Shown: positions 13,233 through 26,879 of the stretch, in pieces | How positions within the stretch are numbered: position 1 is the stretch's first letter | Layout: the number at the start of each line of letters is the position of its first letter | The notes under the pieces: generated by a model | What the model saw: the letters and a program-made list of their open reading frames with translations, nothing else | Database searches by the model: none | What the model was told of the DNA's origin: nothing | NCBI RefSeq assembly: GCF_964204645.1 | Contig: NC_134027.1 | Location: 9,394,485-9,458,484, forward strand | Length of the DNA stretch: 64,000 nt | Direction of reading: 5' to 3' | Source: Tubulanus polymorphus | Lineage: Eukaryota > Animalia > Nemertea | Program-made: the position numbers and the translations under genes

Positions 13233-15784
13233 TTGCAAGTAGAAGGTAGATCAATGTATCATGGTATATTATCATTGAATATTTTCTAAATGACGAATAT
13301 TTTGATCACATAAATGCCACAACTCTGGAATAAAGCTAATAAGCACCTATCATATCGATGAATTTCAAGCACTTTGAGACCAGATTTCAGTTCCGAACGA
13401 TATAACATCAACACATCTTCTATACTACACTTTAATAATAATGAATAGTTCAACTGTGATATCGATTTGTTGAAAACGTAATACGATATAGAAATTAAAT
13501 CAATTGAAGTCTGAAAAGTTATTCGTTTACTGAACGAGCCCTGAAAAAAACGTCTCCCTTTTAGTATTCCTATTAACTTTTATGTGAATGCATAAGTCGT
13601 ATGTCCAACATTTAAAGCCTAGCATACATCGACAAACTAACTGGAGATAGATAACAAGTTGCAAGTATACAAACTGAACAGCAGTTTTCGGTGTACAAAC
13701 TGAACTGGCTGACTATTGAGCAGCTGGTTGTACTAACTTACGGTGATATCCGCCAATGTGCGCGTTCCATAATCAACAACGCATGACGCAACTGACTAAA
13801 CCAAAGCAATTTGACACGTGACTTGGGATGCCCTGAAGAGTATATGCTAGATCGCAGTAGCTGTTGATGTGGATCTATGCTGTGGATCTAGAGACTAGCA
13901 TGAGCCATGCGGGGTACTCGCTCACTAGCAACTGGATTCGATCATCACTTGCTATATCGATGTAAGCTAGGCTGTCTTACAACTCTGTTCCTCTATAGTT
14001 CGTTCCTAGGCGCTATACACGCTTTCTTACTCACAAAAATCCGACACTTAAATACTGGCACAAACAAGAAAGAACTTCCGAAGGCGAGGAAGACAAGTTG
14101 TAAACCAAAGAGAAAATTTGGTAATAACAGAACCGGTATAGATTATGCTTAGATAAGGACTCAGTTCCGTAGACTATAGAACTATGATAATTCTTGGTTA
14201 TGATTTTTACTCTCGGGGGTGGATCCAGGGGTGGATTTTTTAATAACTAAGATTTTGAACTGACCAATACACCGCACAGTTTGCCAGAGTTAGTCACATA
14301 CTTAACAAAAACGAACCGTACCATTTGATATCATAATGATGATAACAACAATATAAGTACAAATACAATAAAGAACAAGATGTATGAAAAGAATGTATAA
14401 AAAATTATGCCTAACAAATGTAAAATGCCATTCACAGGATACACCAAAACAATAACTATTCATAAATACATAATACATAAAATGTACACACATAATAATA
14501 ATACATCCGAGTCAGTCCTGAAAAGTAACTACCAAATAGTGAAATTTCTTCTTACTAAGAGATCCTAGTAAGTTAATAAATTTTCTAAATTGAATATTAG
14601 TATTTGAATTGAAAAATATATCATAATATACATTACGTAAAGTGAAATATACAGCCTGTGATGCCTGAGTTTTTAACCAACCAAGTTAAATACCGATTCA
14701 GGAAGAATAAATAACAATGACCGCCTCCGCAATCGAGGGGTCATCCTTTAACTCTCAATAGTGGAACTCGATCCTGGTATACAGTTTCACGCCAGCGATT
14801 TTTACTCTAGACCACTTTGATGAATTTACGCGTAAAATATGATTTATACGCGGAGGAACCTAGCAATTCTAAGTATCTACAATATTGATTGAACTCGAAA
14901 TTATCGTTTTTCTTTTAACATTCCTTCATATCTCTAATTAATATATAAATAACTCCTTAATGGACAAAAAGAGCATGAACATGCATTAATACATTCAGAC
15001 TGATGAGAAAACCAAATTATCAGTAGCGTTTATCCTGGTGGTTGTGTAAATAGAAAGATATTAGGCCCTCATATGTTATTGCTATAGACTTAAGCTTCAT
15101 ACTAAACGTGACACAAAGATAAGACATTTTTACATACGGTCGACTTTACACCGAGTCAGAATACCGGTATATGAAAAACTCGTGTTCTTCTAGGTAGGCT
15201 ATGTCACCACCAGTCATCTTAACATAATGTTTAGGTGAAAAGATTTACATCAAAGGCTTAGTTGCTCCAAAAGAGGGATAAATCGATTGATATCGTGACC
15301 TTTGAAGAGTCCGTTTTCAAGAATTTTAGAGATAAAATGTTTACATACACTGATATTCAAACGAAATGTTGTTTACACGTAGAGAGTACATGATAATATT
15401 CATTATGATATTGAAACGCATTACATCAATCAGTTTCAAAACACAGGTCATTCATTTTTTCGTATTCACGAAATACAAGCAGCTCTCTAATTACTCGTTT
15501 TAAGATCAATCTTTTTTAACTGGCATTACATATTTATGCATACACGGCACCATTCACAGTCTTACCTATATAATTTTACATCACAACAGATTTTTCAGCA
15601 AGTTATAATGTTATTATAATACATATATAAATATTATTATACAACGAATAAGATATGAACATCGAAATATTCTCATATTTCTGACTGTGAGCGAAAAAAC
15701 TTCAGAATACGCAGATAAAGAGTCGATATGCTCGCCGCCCGCGTTCAAAGCCGCCACGGAGGCATTTTTTGCAGCGAGCAGTAA

Positions 15785-18700
15785 CTATGCCAGTAAACCG
15801 AGCCGCTGCAGTTTAGCCGACAGAAATGTGTGAATGATAAATACCAACGGTTTAGGGCAACTGTGCATGTCCAGTTCCTGAAAGATCGAAAACAAGATTT
15901 GATTACAAAAGTGTACCTTCAATAAATTCCAGAGTGTCGAGCGGTGGTGAGATTCAGAAAAAGGCTATAGTGGACACAATGCCACTTGAGTACAGGTAAT
16001 TTGTACGACATGCTTCCATATACATTCATGGGAATAAAAGACTGGGTTAAATCCTGTTCAACGAAGATGCGTGGTCCAGTAAAATTTAGATATTCTAAAC
16101 GATGCCCAAAGAAATTCAACAACTGAGCAAAGTTGCAAACAAGGCCTTATTCGTTCAACCAAGAGCCTAATCACAGATTATCGTACTCACCTGTTCACCT
16201 TCTTCACCAAAATCTAGCCAGAGCAATCGATGGCTATCATCGGCTGACATTCGCAATTTTTCATACGGATAATGCCATAAAATGTGAGACTTTCGACCGT
16301 CGTCAACGCGTACATCGGTCAGCGTAAATCCTGAATCGTAATTCACTGTTAGACGAGCTTCCTGCGCTTGCCACGATACAGCTGCAATTAACAATGATTT
16401 ACAGCTGTAGTACAAGTTATAAATTGAATCTACCCTGGGTATTTCATAGATCAGCTCCACGACTATACTCCTGTCAGGTCAACTTTGTTCATCTAGTCAA
16501 AATCTTTAATTGCGTTCATTTTCAAAATCTAACAATGATGCTCAAGATCTTTTAAAGTTTGTGGACCAATGCTTTTGAATGTTTTACCCGATATTTCGAA
16601 AAGTATTGCAAACTTTGACCACTTTACATCATCAGCTCTTAAAACCTATCTTTTTATTTATGCTTATGGCTAGCTACACTTTAATCATATCCCAGTAGCA
16701 TAGCTATGTGTGAGTGCCATGCAGCAGGATCTTACTGAACTGAATAAGGCACCAAATATGCTAAATGATAATAACAATACAGTATAAAATAATTTTCATA
16801 TTCAACAAAAGTACAAACCTTACTACAATTTCATGATCTAAAATTTGGATAGAATATTTCAATCTTATATATATATTCTCTCAAATGACTGATACTGGTG
16901 TTGAATCAACATTTAGAATTAACACCGACCCGGGTTAATGTTTACCGTAAACTAGGCCTACTCTATAATACCAGGCTCTGAAGAAGTGTAATTTGTAACT
17001 TACGACAACTTATTTCTTTGGTCAACAGAGCAGCTGTATGAGAGCCTTGGACTAGTACCCGACACCAGGTAGACAGATCACGTTGCGACTCCACACGGAA
17101 GCTATGCGCCTCAATCCCCTGTTTAGAACCAGTTCGCGTGCCGAACGTGAGTATCTCATTTCCACTGAGTGGTGTGATATGCTTGCCAGAATGTACTAGC
17201 CTTTGAAAGAACAAAAATACAAGGGAAAGCATTAAAGATGATAGAAATGTCTACCGGTAATAGAAAAACACAAATTAGACTTATTTACCGTATTTCATTT
17301 AAAAAACAAACATTGCCCAAGTATGCGCATTGTTCCTAACTTATCTTATCAATCATGCAACTCAAAAAGAATTCTTAACAGCGTACCTTGTAGCTATCAT
17401 CGGATGAGTCTGAAATGGTGTTGCCCATTCCTCTATATTCCATGGGGCCGTATCATAGAGAAGCATATCTTTTTCTGTAACCGCAACAAAAACTGGCTTC
17501 CAGGTCGGATTGCCTTGTTCGCTATGTATCTGAATTCATAGGATAAATAAATGCTTTCATCATCTGTGTGTAACAATTCAGTGCAAGAGGAAAACTATCA
17601 TTCATAAGAACGGATTTTTACCTGTTCAGCTAACCAACCCATATGCGACACCTCTTGACTGCGTGGGCCTTGACTGAGAATACGATTAGCTTCGCCGATC
17701 GCTTGTTGAAGCAACATATTCACATTCGAGTGAATCGCGTTGAACCACGATGTCGCCAGGCCCGCCTCGGGACAACGCAAAATGCACGAACTTTTGCCGT
17801 CCGGCGAATGCAGTTCGATTGTTCGATTTTCCGGATCGGGCATACTTAAATTGCGACACAGGTAACACAGTTTTAAAGGTATCGTTTTCTGTTCCGACCA
17901 CGTCGATTTGTCCTTCGACGGCGACTCGCTGCCCCAACCGAGATCGTTGAGCGCTGTAGTCTTACGAAAGTAAGGCGTAACCTCTCGGAGGTACTTCACT
18001 GAAAATAGGAATGTTTCCATTTATCAATTTGCATTTCAATTTTCAGTTTGAATCTTTTATCATTTGGAACCTCCTTATGCTAAAAGGGCCTAGTATCTTC
18101 CCAAAAATGCCCTAATTTTGTCATCCTTGGATGAGTTTTAAAAGCCAGATTTTCCAGCATTTTTAGCACTGGAAATTAATTAAGGAGGTTGATATTTTGC
18201 CAATATGGCATTATTCTTGTAAAACTATTTATGCCTATAGTTCATTCAGATTGGTAACTGGCATACTCAACCAGTTGTGCTAGGCCTATGATAGGCCTAG
18301 CACATACTCGGTTGCTCGGGACCTAGATAGAAAATCCAATAAATGAAGAATTAAGATTTGGACCTACCACCTACTGACCAGTTTACAACACTACCATCAG
18401 TTCTAGCTGCTAGAACTAATAGGTAAGCCTATATACTGCAACCTAACCCTTATCTTAAACCTTAACCAAACCTTAACTCTAATCCTAAAATCTTACTTGA
18501 CCCTTTTTCTAACCTTAATTGTAACGAATCAGAACTTTTTTATGTAAGAGCAAAATATTGTCTACTACAAAAATACTAATACTACGAAAAGCAAAATACA
18601 CTGTATTTATTTCCATCGATGGTTTAACTTTCTGAAAATGGTTCCCTCAACAATACTTGAAAGGGCTGTAAACAGGGCTGAGATAAGCTACCTTCCAGAT

Positions 18701-19265
18701 CGACGACTTTGCCCGCACGTTTCAGAGCGCGGACAGCTTCATCGTGCGTCGCGTCTCGCAAATCTTCCGCATTCACCGACAGAATGGCGTCGCCAACGTA
18801 TAACTTCTCCGTCTTATCGGCGGCCATTCCCTTGAAAATCTTACTGATCAAAATCGGCATTTTGTTTTCACGTCCGCCTTTGATGCTTATTCCGAGACCG
18901 TTTTGCTCTTCTTTGATGACGCGTACATGGCGACGCTGTCCAGCTATGCTGTCCGGTAGATCGTTGGTACCCGCCGCAGCTGTGCCTCCCGTCGGCCCAG
19001 AAGCGTTAGAAGAGTTATTTGTAGTCGATACGGGGGATGAGGAATTAGCATCTTGATGATGATGGTTGATTCCGTTGGCGTTATTGTGATGGTTATAGAT
19101 CTCGTCACGGCCGTGCGATGAACCATTCGACCACGATCCGTTGATATCGGGATGCTCGTCCAAACTGAGCGTCAGGCAGTCTTCGTTCAGCGTAACGTAC
19201 ACCCTGCACCACTGCTGGCGCACGAAAACCTCCAGCATCCCAGAACGAGCAACTCCCGACGCCAT
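15785..19265 (-). CDS. SNTB1: Beta-type syntrophin (split PH1 - PDZ - PH2 - SU domain), 524 aa, 6 exons
   Basis: Exons 18692-19265, 17622-17998, 17387-17529, 17004-17200, 16191-16381, 15785-15877 (1575 nt, in frame). [31 protein letters not shown]; [11 protein letters not shown]; SU domain ending [30 protein letters not shown]. Confidence 0.93.
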
Positions 19266-21092
19266 CTTGTCATCGTACTGTGTCCGTTTCGTAGTCCGTA
19301 GACACTTCGGCAAGGTTGGGTTCGAATCCATTCCATTTATTGGTTCGAACCCCATAAAATATATTATTATTCATCGAGCTCGTGGGTTCGAATCATTTAT
19401 TTCTTAAGGGATTATGGAGATTCATCAATGCCTATTTATCAATTTTTGGGTATTCATAATTAGGAACAGAAAATAATTTTCTGACTGCAAATCTAACTTT
19501 TGACGTTTAGTAGATGATTTTCCCACAGGACTCAGCGTCCGAAATAAGAGCAACAATGTATAGATGATACACAAAAAAAGAAAGTTGTTCATACAAGAGT
19601 GAATATCTTTATTTTCTTACCGTAATTCTTATATTTGTCTAAGCCTACGTGACAATTTTCAAGCCCAAAGACTGAAAATTATGAAGATACAAATGTAAAT
19701 AAGCTTAAATAAGCAAAGCATCTGACAATTTCTAACTATAAGATCTGGGGATTATAAAGCTTTAGTTCCTAGAATGAACAATAATTGAAAACAAATACAT
19801 TTATACGTTTATAATTCACAACAATGTTGGCCTTCTTGGAAAAATAAAAATATCACTTTACAGACCCAAGTAGCCAAAGAACTTATCACAGAAAATGCTC
19901 AATCAATAAAAACTGATATTGTTCAAAGATTGTCTCCAACAATAAACAAAAATAATAAATGATCCAATGTTGTTTTACGGAGCAAATCAATAGCATTGGA
20001 ACTGAAGTAGTGACTGCAGTGGTGAAAGCCTCGGCAATAATCCACCGACAATTGACAATTTTTTTCTTTCTATACTCTTTAAATTCACCGCAGCAATAAT
20101 AAGAACCTGTAAAAATTGGCAGTGGCAATCAAAAATTGCTTCCAACCTGCCTGCAAATCACATAAAAATTGTGACTCCAGCGAAATAGAACATTGGAATA
20201 TTGTATCAGATGAAGCCATGTTCAGCAAAAAAGGCAAATGGTACTACCATGATCCATTAATGAATTGGAACTTTTGGGTCCAGATGTTCGTACACATCCA
20301 AATACAATAATACTACTGACAATACACGACGACTAATGGGAAAATACTAAATACCGATACATCTTATAACCTGTACATCATCTGTGCATAGATCATTTTC
20401 AATAGGGGGCCGTGTTATCCGACAGAACTAGCATTGTACACTGTTGTCAGATCCCCAGAAAAACATGCCATTCCTACGACTTTGAGTAGAGATAGTCAGA
20501 ATAAATACGAAGGAGTTAATTTAAAATTTCAACTAATGAATACCCAGAATGTAATCGGCTCTTTGGTCATGAATTCATCATGGGATTTAAACTATAACCT
20601 TATTTAATAATAGTCCCGCGATTTTGGTAAAAACCGAACTTTGCTTTTTCTTGGTATTCAGCAGATTTCCTAACCGTTGGAACATTTTTACATCGATCAT
20701 CATCTTACGAACATTCATAAAATACTGAATATACATACAGAATTGCGGTTATTTGTTACTCTACAAAATACATCATATCAAAACAAAGCCCTAGAGTATT
20801 TATACATTCTATGACTAAGTGAACATCTAAGTTTTTACATATATCATATCAGTGCACCATTGATAGGAATGATTCGGTCTGCTGTGATTGTTTGCATCAT
20901 GAAATGGAAAGCAGCAAAACTGCTACGTTTTATCTCTCTCTCTAAGTGATGGTTTTTGTAATAGATTACGAAAAACCATTAATACAAGATTTTGAATCGG
21001 TGAAGAGTTCAATGCATTCGTGAATGTTTATACAATTCATACGCTGTCCTCTCTGTCGATGGTGACGGCTACTTTCAATTCGCAGTCAACAG

Positions 21093-24000
21093 TTAACAGC
21101 AGGTAAAATCCCATAGTTTCACAGTTTTGTCATACGACCCGGATACGATAATACTGTCGTTGAATTGCAAACACGTCACGCCGTCTGTGTGATTACGCAA
21201 TGTCACCAGACGCTCTCCAGTCTCTAAATTCCACACCTGTCAATGAAAAGATCCGCTTTTAATCGAGGATGAGGTTGATATGTTCTTAATTTTCAATGAA
21301 TTAAGATGATTAAAATGATGCAATCCTGTGAAATGGACATTCGAAGCCAATGCCACGAAAATAATGAAAAATTCACCTTAATTGTTCTGTCATCGGAGGC
21401 ACTTACAACTCTCCACTTATCTGCTTGAAGGCACCTAAATGTTAATCAAAAGTACCGATATACAAAGCAAGTTGATCATAAAATGCATGTCCCAGCTTAA
21501 ATCAACAATATTTTCTTAATATCTTTTTAAACTGGGAATAACCTACAGCCCAGTAATCTTGTATGCATCGAGCATCTTTTGATTCAAATCAGGATTCTCA
21601 AAGACAAAGTTTACATCAGGATTTTCAGTTTTTTTTATGCCGTAAAAGCCATCATCATCGATATTGGCGTTTCAAAATAACAATGACAATCGTGAATTTT
21701 GGCGTTCATTTTGTAATAAGATATATTACATAACTCTTACCGGTAATTTATAGTCGATAAATTATATGATTATTTTTGAGAGGATGTGCACTACGCCATC
21801 AATATATCAGGGCTGGACTGGTTGGCGGTCAATTCAATCAAATTATCAATATTCAAATCCAACACAACTTTATTGACCCTTAATATTCATACTATTTTAT
21901 ATTATATCGTATTATTTTTTGTTATCGTGGACAATATCAAGCAATATATGTGTTATTATCTAGGCTTCATTAAACTTATAGGTTAGTTTTCTTGTTTTTA
22001 CACTTACCGGACTACACCAGTGTGACCTTCCGACGCTTTCCAGTCGATCGTATTCACGCAACAACCGGTGTTTATATCCCAAAATTTCAGGTTGCAATCG
22101 AGCGAACCGCTGATTATTCTCGTTTTGTCGAACTGCAAACAGGTCACCGCGTCCTGATGCGCTTGCAACGTCATTATGCAAAACCCGGTGAAATTCCACA
22201 GCTGAAATGATAAGCGTGTTTCACTATACGACGACCGCGAGACATTTTCAGACAAATCGCGAGAAATATTCGGCTTACTTTGATCGTACGATCAGATGAA
22301 CCGGAAATGATTTTGTCGTCATCAAATTGGACACACAAAACAGCTCCATCGTGACCCCTGTAAACAATCGACAAGACATTCAGATCTTAGGTGGAGAGTT
22401 CAAACAGTTGAAAATCCATAGAAGCAAAAACAGTACAAATCTCATTACCTAGAGTATATAGAATTATTCTAGCAAACGTTTTTGGGAGTTACATTTTCCC
22501 CTCTCCAGGCATAGCGCTACAAGATATGTACTGTTTTTGCTCCTGAGGATTTATTACAGATAATTTATAAACACATAGATAGTCATCTACAAACAAATTC
22601 TTCATAATTCCACTAGGAAAAACCAATCAAAAGTTACCTTAAAGTCATGCGGCAGTCACCAGTTCTCATATCCCAAACTTTCAACGTCTTATCATAGGAA
22701 CCACTAATAATTTTCTCATCGTCCACCTAAAGAAAATTATTGTGAATGCTTAAAACTAAAGGCACATTACAGACATAAGAAAGTCTTCTATCAGATTGAT
22801 TTTTTTAGGGATCTAAAAGGTACATACACTTAAGCAGGGACAAATTTACAAAGTTTCGAAATCAAATTAACGAGCTAAACATTCGAGTCTTAAGGAACCT
22901 ACTTGTAAACAACGGACTGTGTCAGTATGGCCGGTCATTGTCACTTTACAAGCAATGCTTGACCAGCTCTGTTGCATTGATAAATCCCAAACCTAAAGAG
23001 TAAATAAATTTAGTTACTTTTTACATCTTTCTATTATCAAGCTGTGGAGGGAAAATTATCATTATCATTACATGTACCTTTATAGTGCGGTCGGTGGATC
23101 CACTTACAAGCCGGTTACCATCTAAATGCAGACAACGCACCGTCCCAGAATGTCCAACTAGAGTTTGCACAGACCAGGGAGTATTTGTTCTTATGTTCCA
23201 AACCTAGAAAAAACATGTTGATACAACGATTTGAAAACCCACCAGCCAGACTTTAATGGCTTTAGCAGCAGTCAGAATGATGCTTAATGAACTGTAGATT
23301 CTAAATGTGAGAGAAGCTACTTTTTCCACTAGGTACTCCAAGAGGTACAACACAAAACAATTCTTTAGTAGTTAACGGTGCATATTTTCATAAATATATA
23401 ACTGAACAGAACTAACCTTGATCATTTTATCAGATGATCCACTGACAATTCTTGTATCATCAAACTGCACACATGATATACCTGCATAGACAATGTAAGA
23501 AATATTACAGCTTTATGATATGGAGCCAATTCAATAGTTGTAGGCATATGAATAAAACAAACCTTGCGTATGTCCTTCAAACGTGCGAACTTGACATCTT
23601 CCGTGCAGCCAATTATTGCGTAACCTGAACCGTTCCGCAAAGACTTGTTTCCACTAGAAAATAAAATAAAATACTAATAAATAAAAAGAAATAATAAAAA
23701 GAAAATAAAATACTTATTATTTGATAATGTATCCATGATAAAGAAAACGAGATAAATGAGTCTGAAAAGGTTTTTCTTAATTACCAGTAAATGATTTATT
23801 TTTGGCATTTCAACCAAAGCCCGATTATCATCTTCAGGAATACTAAGGTTACTAAAACATATACACAATCCAGGGGCCAGTTTCTCAAAGGTTGGTCAAA
23901 GATAACCAGCCAATAAATACCAGGGTAACAATGAACTTTTAATTGTCACTATGTCATTCAACCAGAAAATATGAAATATGTACACAATCCAGGGGCCAGT

Positions 24001-26319
24001 TTCTCAAAGGTTGGTTAAAGATAACCAGCCAATAGATACCATGGTAACAATGAACTTTTAATTGTCACTATGTCATTCAAACACTGGTTAACTTCTAACC
24101 AACATTTGAGCAACTGGCCCAAGAACAACAGGATGGACATGGCAGTGCGTTTCATCGATGGTTATGTATCCGTAATCCTCTTAAAATGAAATTAAGGCTT
24201 ACATGAATATTGCCGTCAGGGAGTAGATGATGGATGACTTGTTTCTGTTCACCCGCCGCCGACAGCCTCCATTTATACTGCGAACAGAATCTCTGCCATA
24301 ACGATGGATCATTCGCCAGCGTGTTCCAAACTCGACATACCGTAGATGCATAGCATAAGCTCACTGAAAACGATATGATATAAATCGGTTGATACAGATT
24401 CACAAATTATCACTTTGACCATGAATATAAATTCATTTTTTAAGGAAGAAGAGTAGGAGAATTGTTAAAGACTTTCATATGGATCTCATCAAGATGTCCA
24501 AATCTCTTAAGTCAATGAATTCGAAAAATATGTAGGCTAACCGTATATGGGTTTCCTCACTCACCAGGATCAAGGAATGATAGTATATACAAGGAAATAC
24601 TGGCAGGTAGCCAGGTGATCAGATCTTGACAGTTTTCAGGACAGCCCTGGTGCATCCGCGGTTCGATTTCTAATGACAGCAAATGAATTTGAGGCAGCTC
24701 ACATAAACCCTGTCAAAATTTAATTGGAAACATAAGCTTATTAGGGATTATGTTTGTTTTTTTATTAAAGTTATAAAAGAATGTATCCCAGGTTTGATTC
24801 AACAAAAATGAATTATAAAATGTAACCAGTTTATATCTTTTGAAAGTAAAATGTATTTACCATCATTTCCTTCAAGAAAATATTCCTTTGCTCATCGCTG
24901 AATTCAACAAACCATCTTTTCATCAGCTGTAAACAACACAGAACTCACATTTGATTTTCTAAACAGTAGACTTTGATTAACTAGGCCGGGGTCAGGGGAC
25001 ACTAGCCAGGACCGGCGGACCAATAATTTCCTAAATCAGTTCCACCCAAATTGGTAATTTTTAATATCCATTCAAATAGAAATTTACATTCATAGGCAGA
25101 ATTGTATGGTTCAAATGCCGAGAAAATGCATCTATGAGCATCTAATTTTTGAAATTTGTTTTTGAAAACTTCAATGATAATGAAAAAAGTCCTGATTTCA
25201 GTGACGACAATGGTAGCCAGTCACCTCACGTGAATTTTGATTAGGCCAGTTATTAGGCTGCAAATATGTCTAGGGTAGATATAAAGACAATCCAATAAAG
25301 TGTCTTCAAAACTTCTTCATTTTTTCGTCATCGTGGGTCGGATTTACTATTGAACTTACGTTCATTCGTTCTCTAACTTCAGAAGGCGCTGCTTCGTCTT
25401 GTTTCGTCGGGGAACCGCACAGATTTCGATTCACCGACTCCGACGACATACCGTCCGCTGATGGCGTGCCGATTTTACGCGTGCATAGATACGGTCTGCC
25501 GGCGACCTGTTGTTGGACGTTCTTAATCTGCGAACCGTAATGACTCGGCAAACTGCTAAACAGACTGTTCACGTTTTGCGACTCGTACAAATCGCGTAGA
25601 CTAGAAAAACTCGAGCGTTTTTTACACGCCCTCGACGTACCATCGGCGTCCACACTGACTATTGGTCGTTTTTTGCATAGATGACCGCCGGCCGGATAAA
25701 AGTTTCGAATGGGCGCTAGATTATCGCACTCTTCTTCGCCACCGTCGTCGTCGATCGCCGATTCGCGACAGTAGCAGATGACGTCGCGACGGAAATTTGC
25801 GTTACGGAAATCGCTCGGTCTCGAATCGTCGTCACGCGCCGCGTACTCGTCGTTCGTTCGTTTTTTCTGACGTTTACGGAAATAAATCTTCGACGTCGAT
25901 TTCGGATACAAGTTCGTCGCTTCCATTCTCTGAAATAGAGCGCGCGCGACGCTAGGTTTCAGGCAGTTTTGCTCGACGATTTCGCTGTTCGGGTAAGTGG
26001 CCGTACGACGAATGCCTAAATTCGTATCGCCGCTACTTTCCGTGTCGCTCGACGAGCTACTCTCTGTCCACGGAGGTCGCGCCATGAACTCGAAATCAAA
26101 CTCATCCGCCGGCAACGACGCAGCATTTTCATCGGGAATACCGGCCTGTTCGGAGAAGTTTTGATCTCGGTGGTTTTTTGACGATTTGCGAGTGAACCAT
26201 ATGACTTTCTGCCAGACCTTAGATTTCCGTTTGTCTCGTTTGCCGTTGTGAGAATTCGAAGCGATGATGTCTTCACATTCGACCGGGCTTATGGAAATTG
26301 GCGGCAGTTGCAAATCCAT
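21093..26319 (-). CDS. F-box/WD40-repeat SCF substrate receptor (FBXW7/beta-TrCP/Met30-like architecture), about 755 aa, 13 coding exons
   Basis: Exons 25360-26319, 24861-24926, 24565-24709, 24203-24363, 23563-23653, 23417-23481, 23078-23203, 22903-22992, 22638-22726, 22279-22357, 22008-22201, 21377-21434, 21093-21236 (2268 nt, in frame). F-box DLITWLPASISLYILSFLDPVSLCYASTVCRVWNTLANDPSLW; seven GH...WD-type repeats; ends LWDFTCC*. An acceptor at 26348 implies an upstream non-coding exon. Confidence 0.9.
23861..24120. mobile_element. MITE family B with a local tandem duplication of about 119 bp; further copies at 59107-59253 and partially near 37160-37213
   Basis: TIR GGGCCAGTT(T/G)CTCAAA ... 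TTTGAGCAACTGGCCC. Segment 23861-23961 is repeated at 23980-24080, including flanking sequence. Confidence 0.7.
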
Positions 26320-26879
26320 CTATCAACAGCAAGGCAGCGTCTTCGGTCTGAAAGTCAAAGATTAATGTTTAAATTTTGAATGATGATGCGGTGCCTAGCT
26401 TGGCCCTTACTACGTACTACTAATTGGGCTAGTGTACTGTAGTGTAGGGTCATCAGCTGGTCAATGCTATTCTAATACCTAAAGTCTATCTATTTTCGAT
26501 TGGCATCGATCTTTTCGGGATACTTCACTTAATTTAGCCAGTGTTCCCGAAGCGAAGGGTTGTTGAACCATACACTGCTGGTAATATGGACAATTAATGG
26601 TATTCTTCATAGGTCTATGTCAAAGAGGAAGTGGCAGGTAGACTCGGCTTAAACTAAGTCTGATTCATAATAAAATTAGGCCCTAAATCCGAGATGACTA
26701 AATCCTCAAATCAATCAATAAATTGATTTGTCTTTGAATTTATCGTGACATCCCATGTTTCGACGCTTTTTGAGTCCATAGAACTATTAATAACGTCCAT
26801 ACCACATATCTGGAACTGACTTTACTGCATTTACTGTAACTTCAGCAGCTTAAACGGTAGTTTAGGGACGCTTTTTCAC

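Noticed and set aside
18440-18520. TAACCC-like repeats suggesting interstitial telomere
   Set aside because: Highly degenerate; more like the CCTAAC tracts common in invertebrate repeats.
19266-19355. 30-aa in-frame N-terminal extension of syntrophin ([11 protein letters not shown]...)
   Set aside because: It overlaps the B-box-like motifs; the ATG at 19265 has a strong context (AAGATGG) and matches the expected start of PH1.
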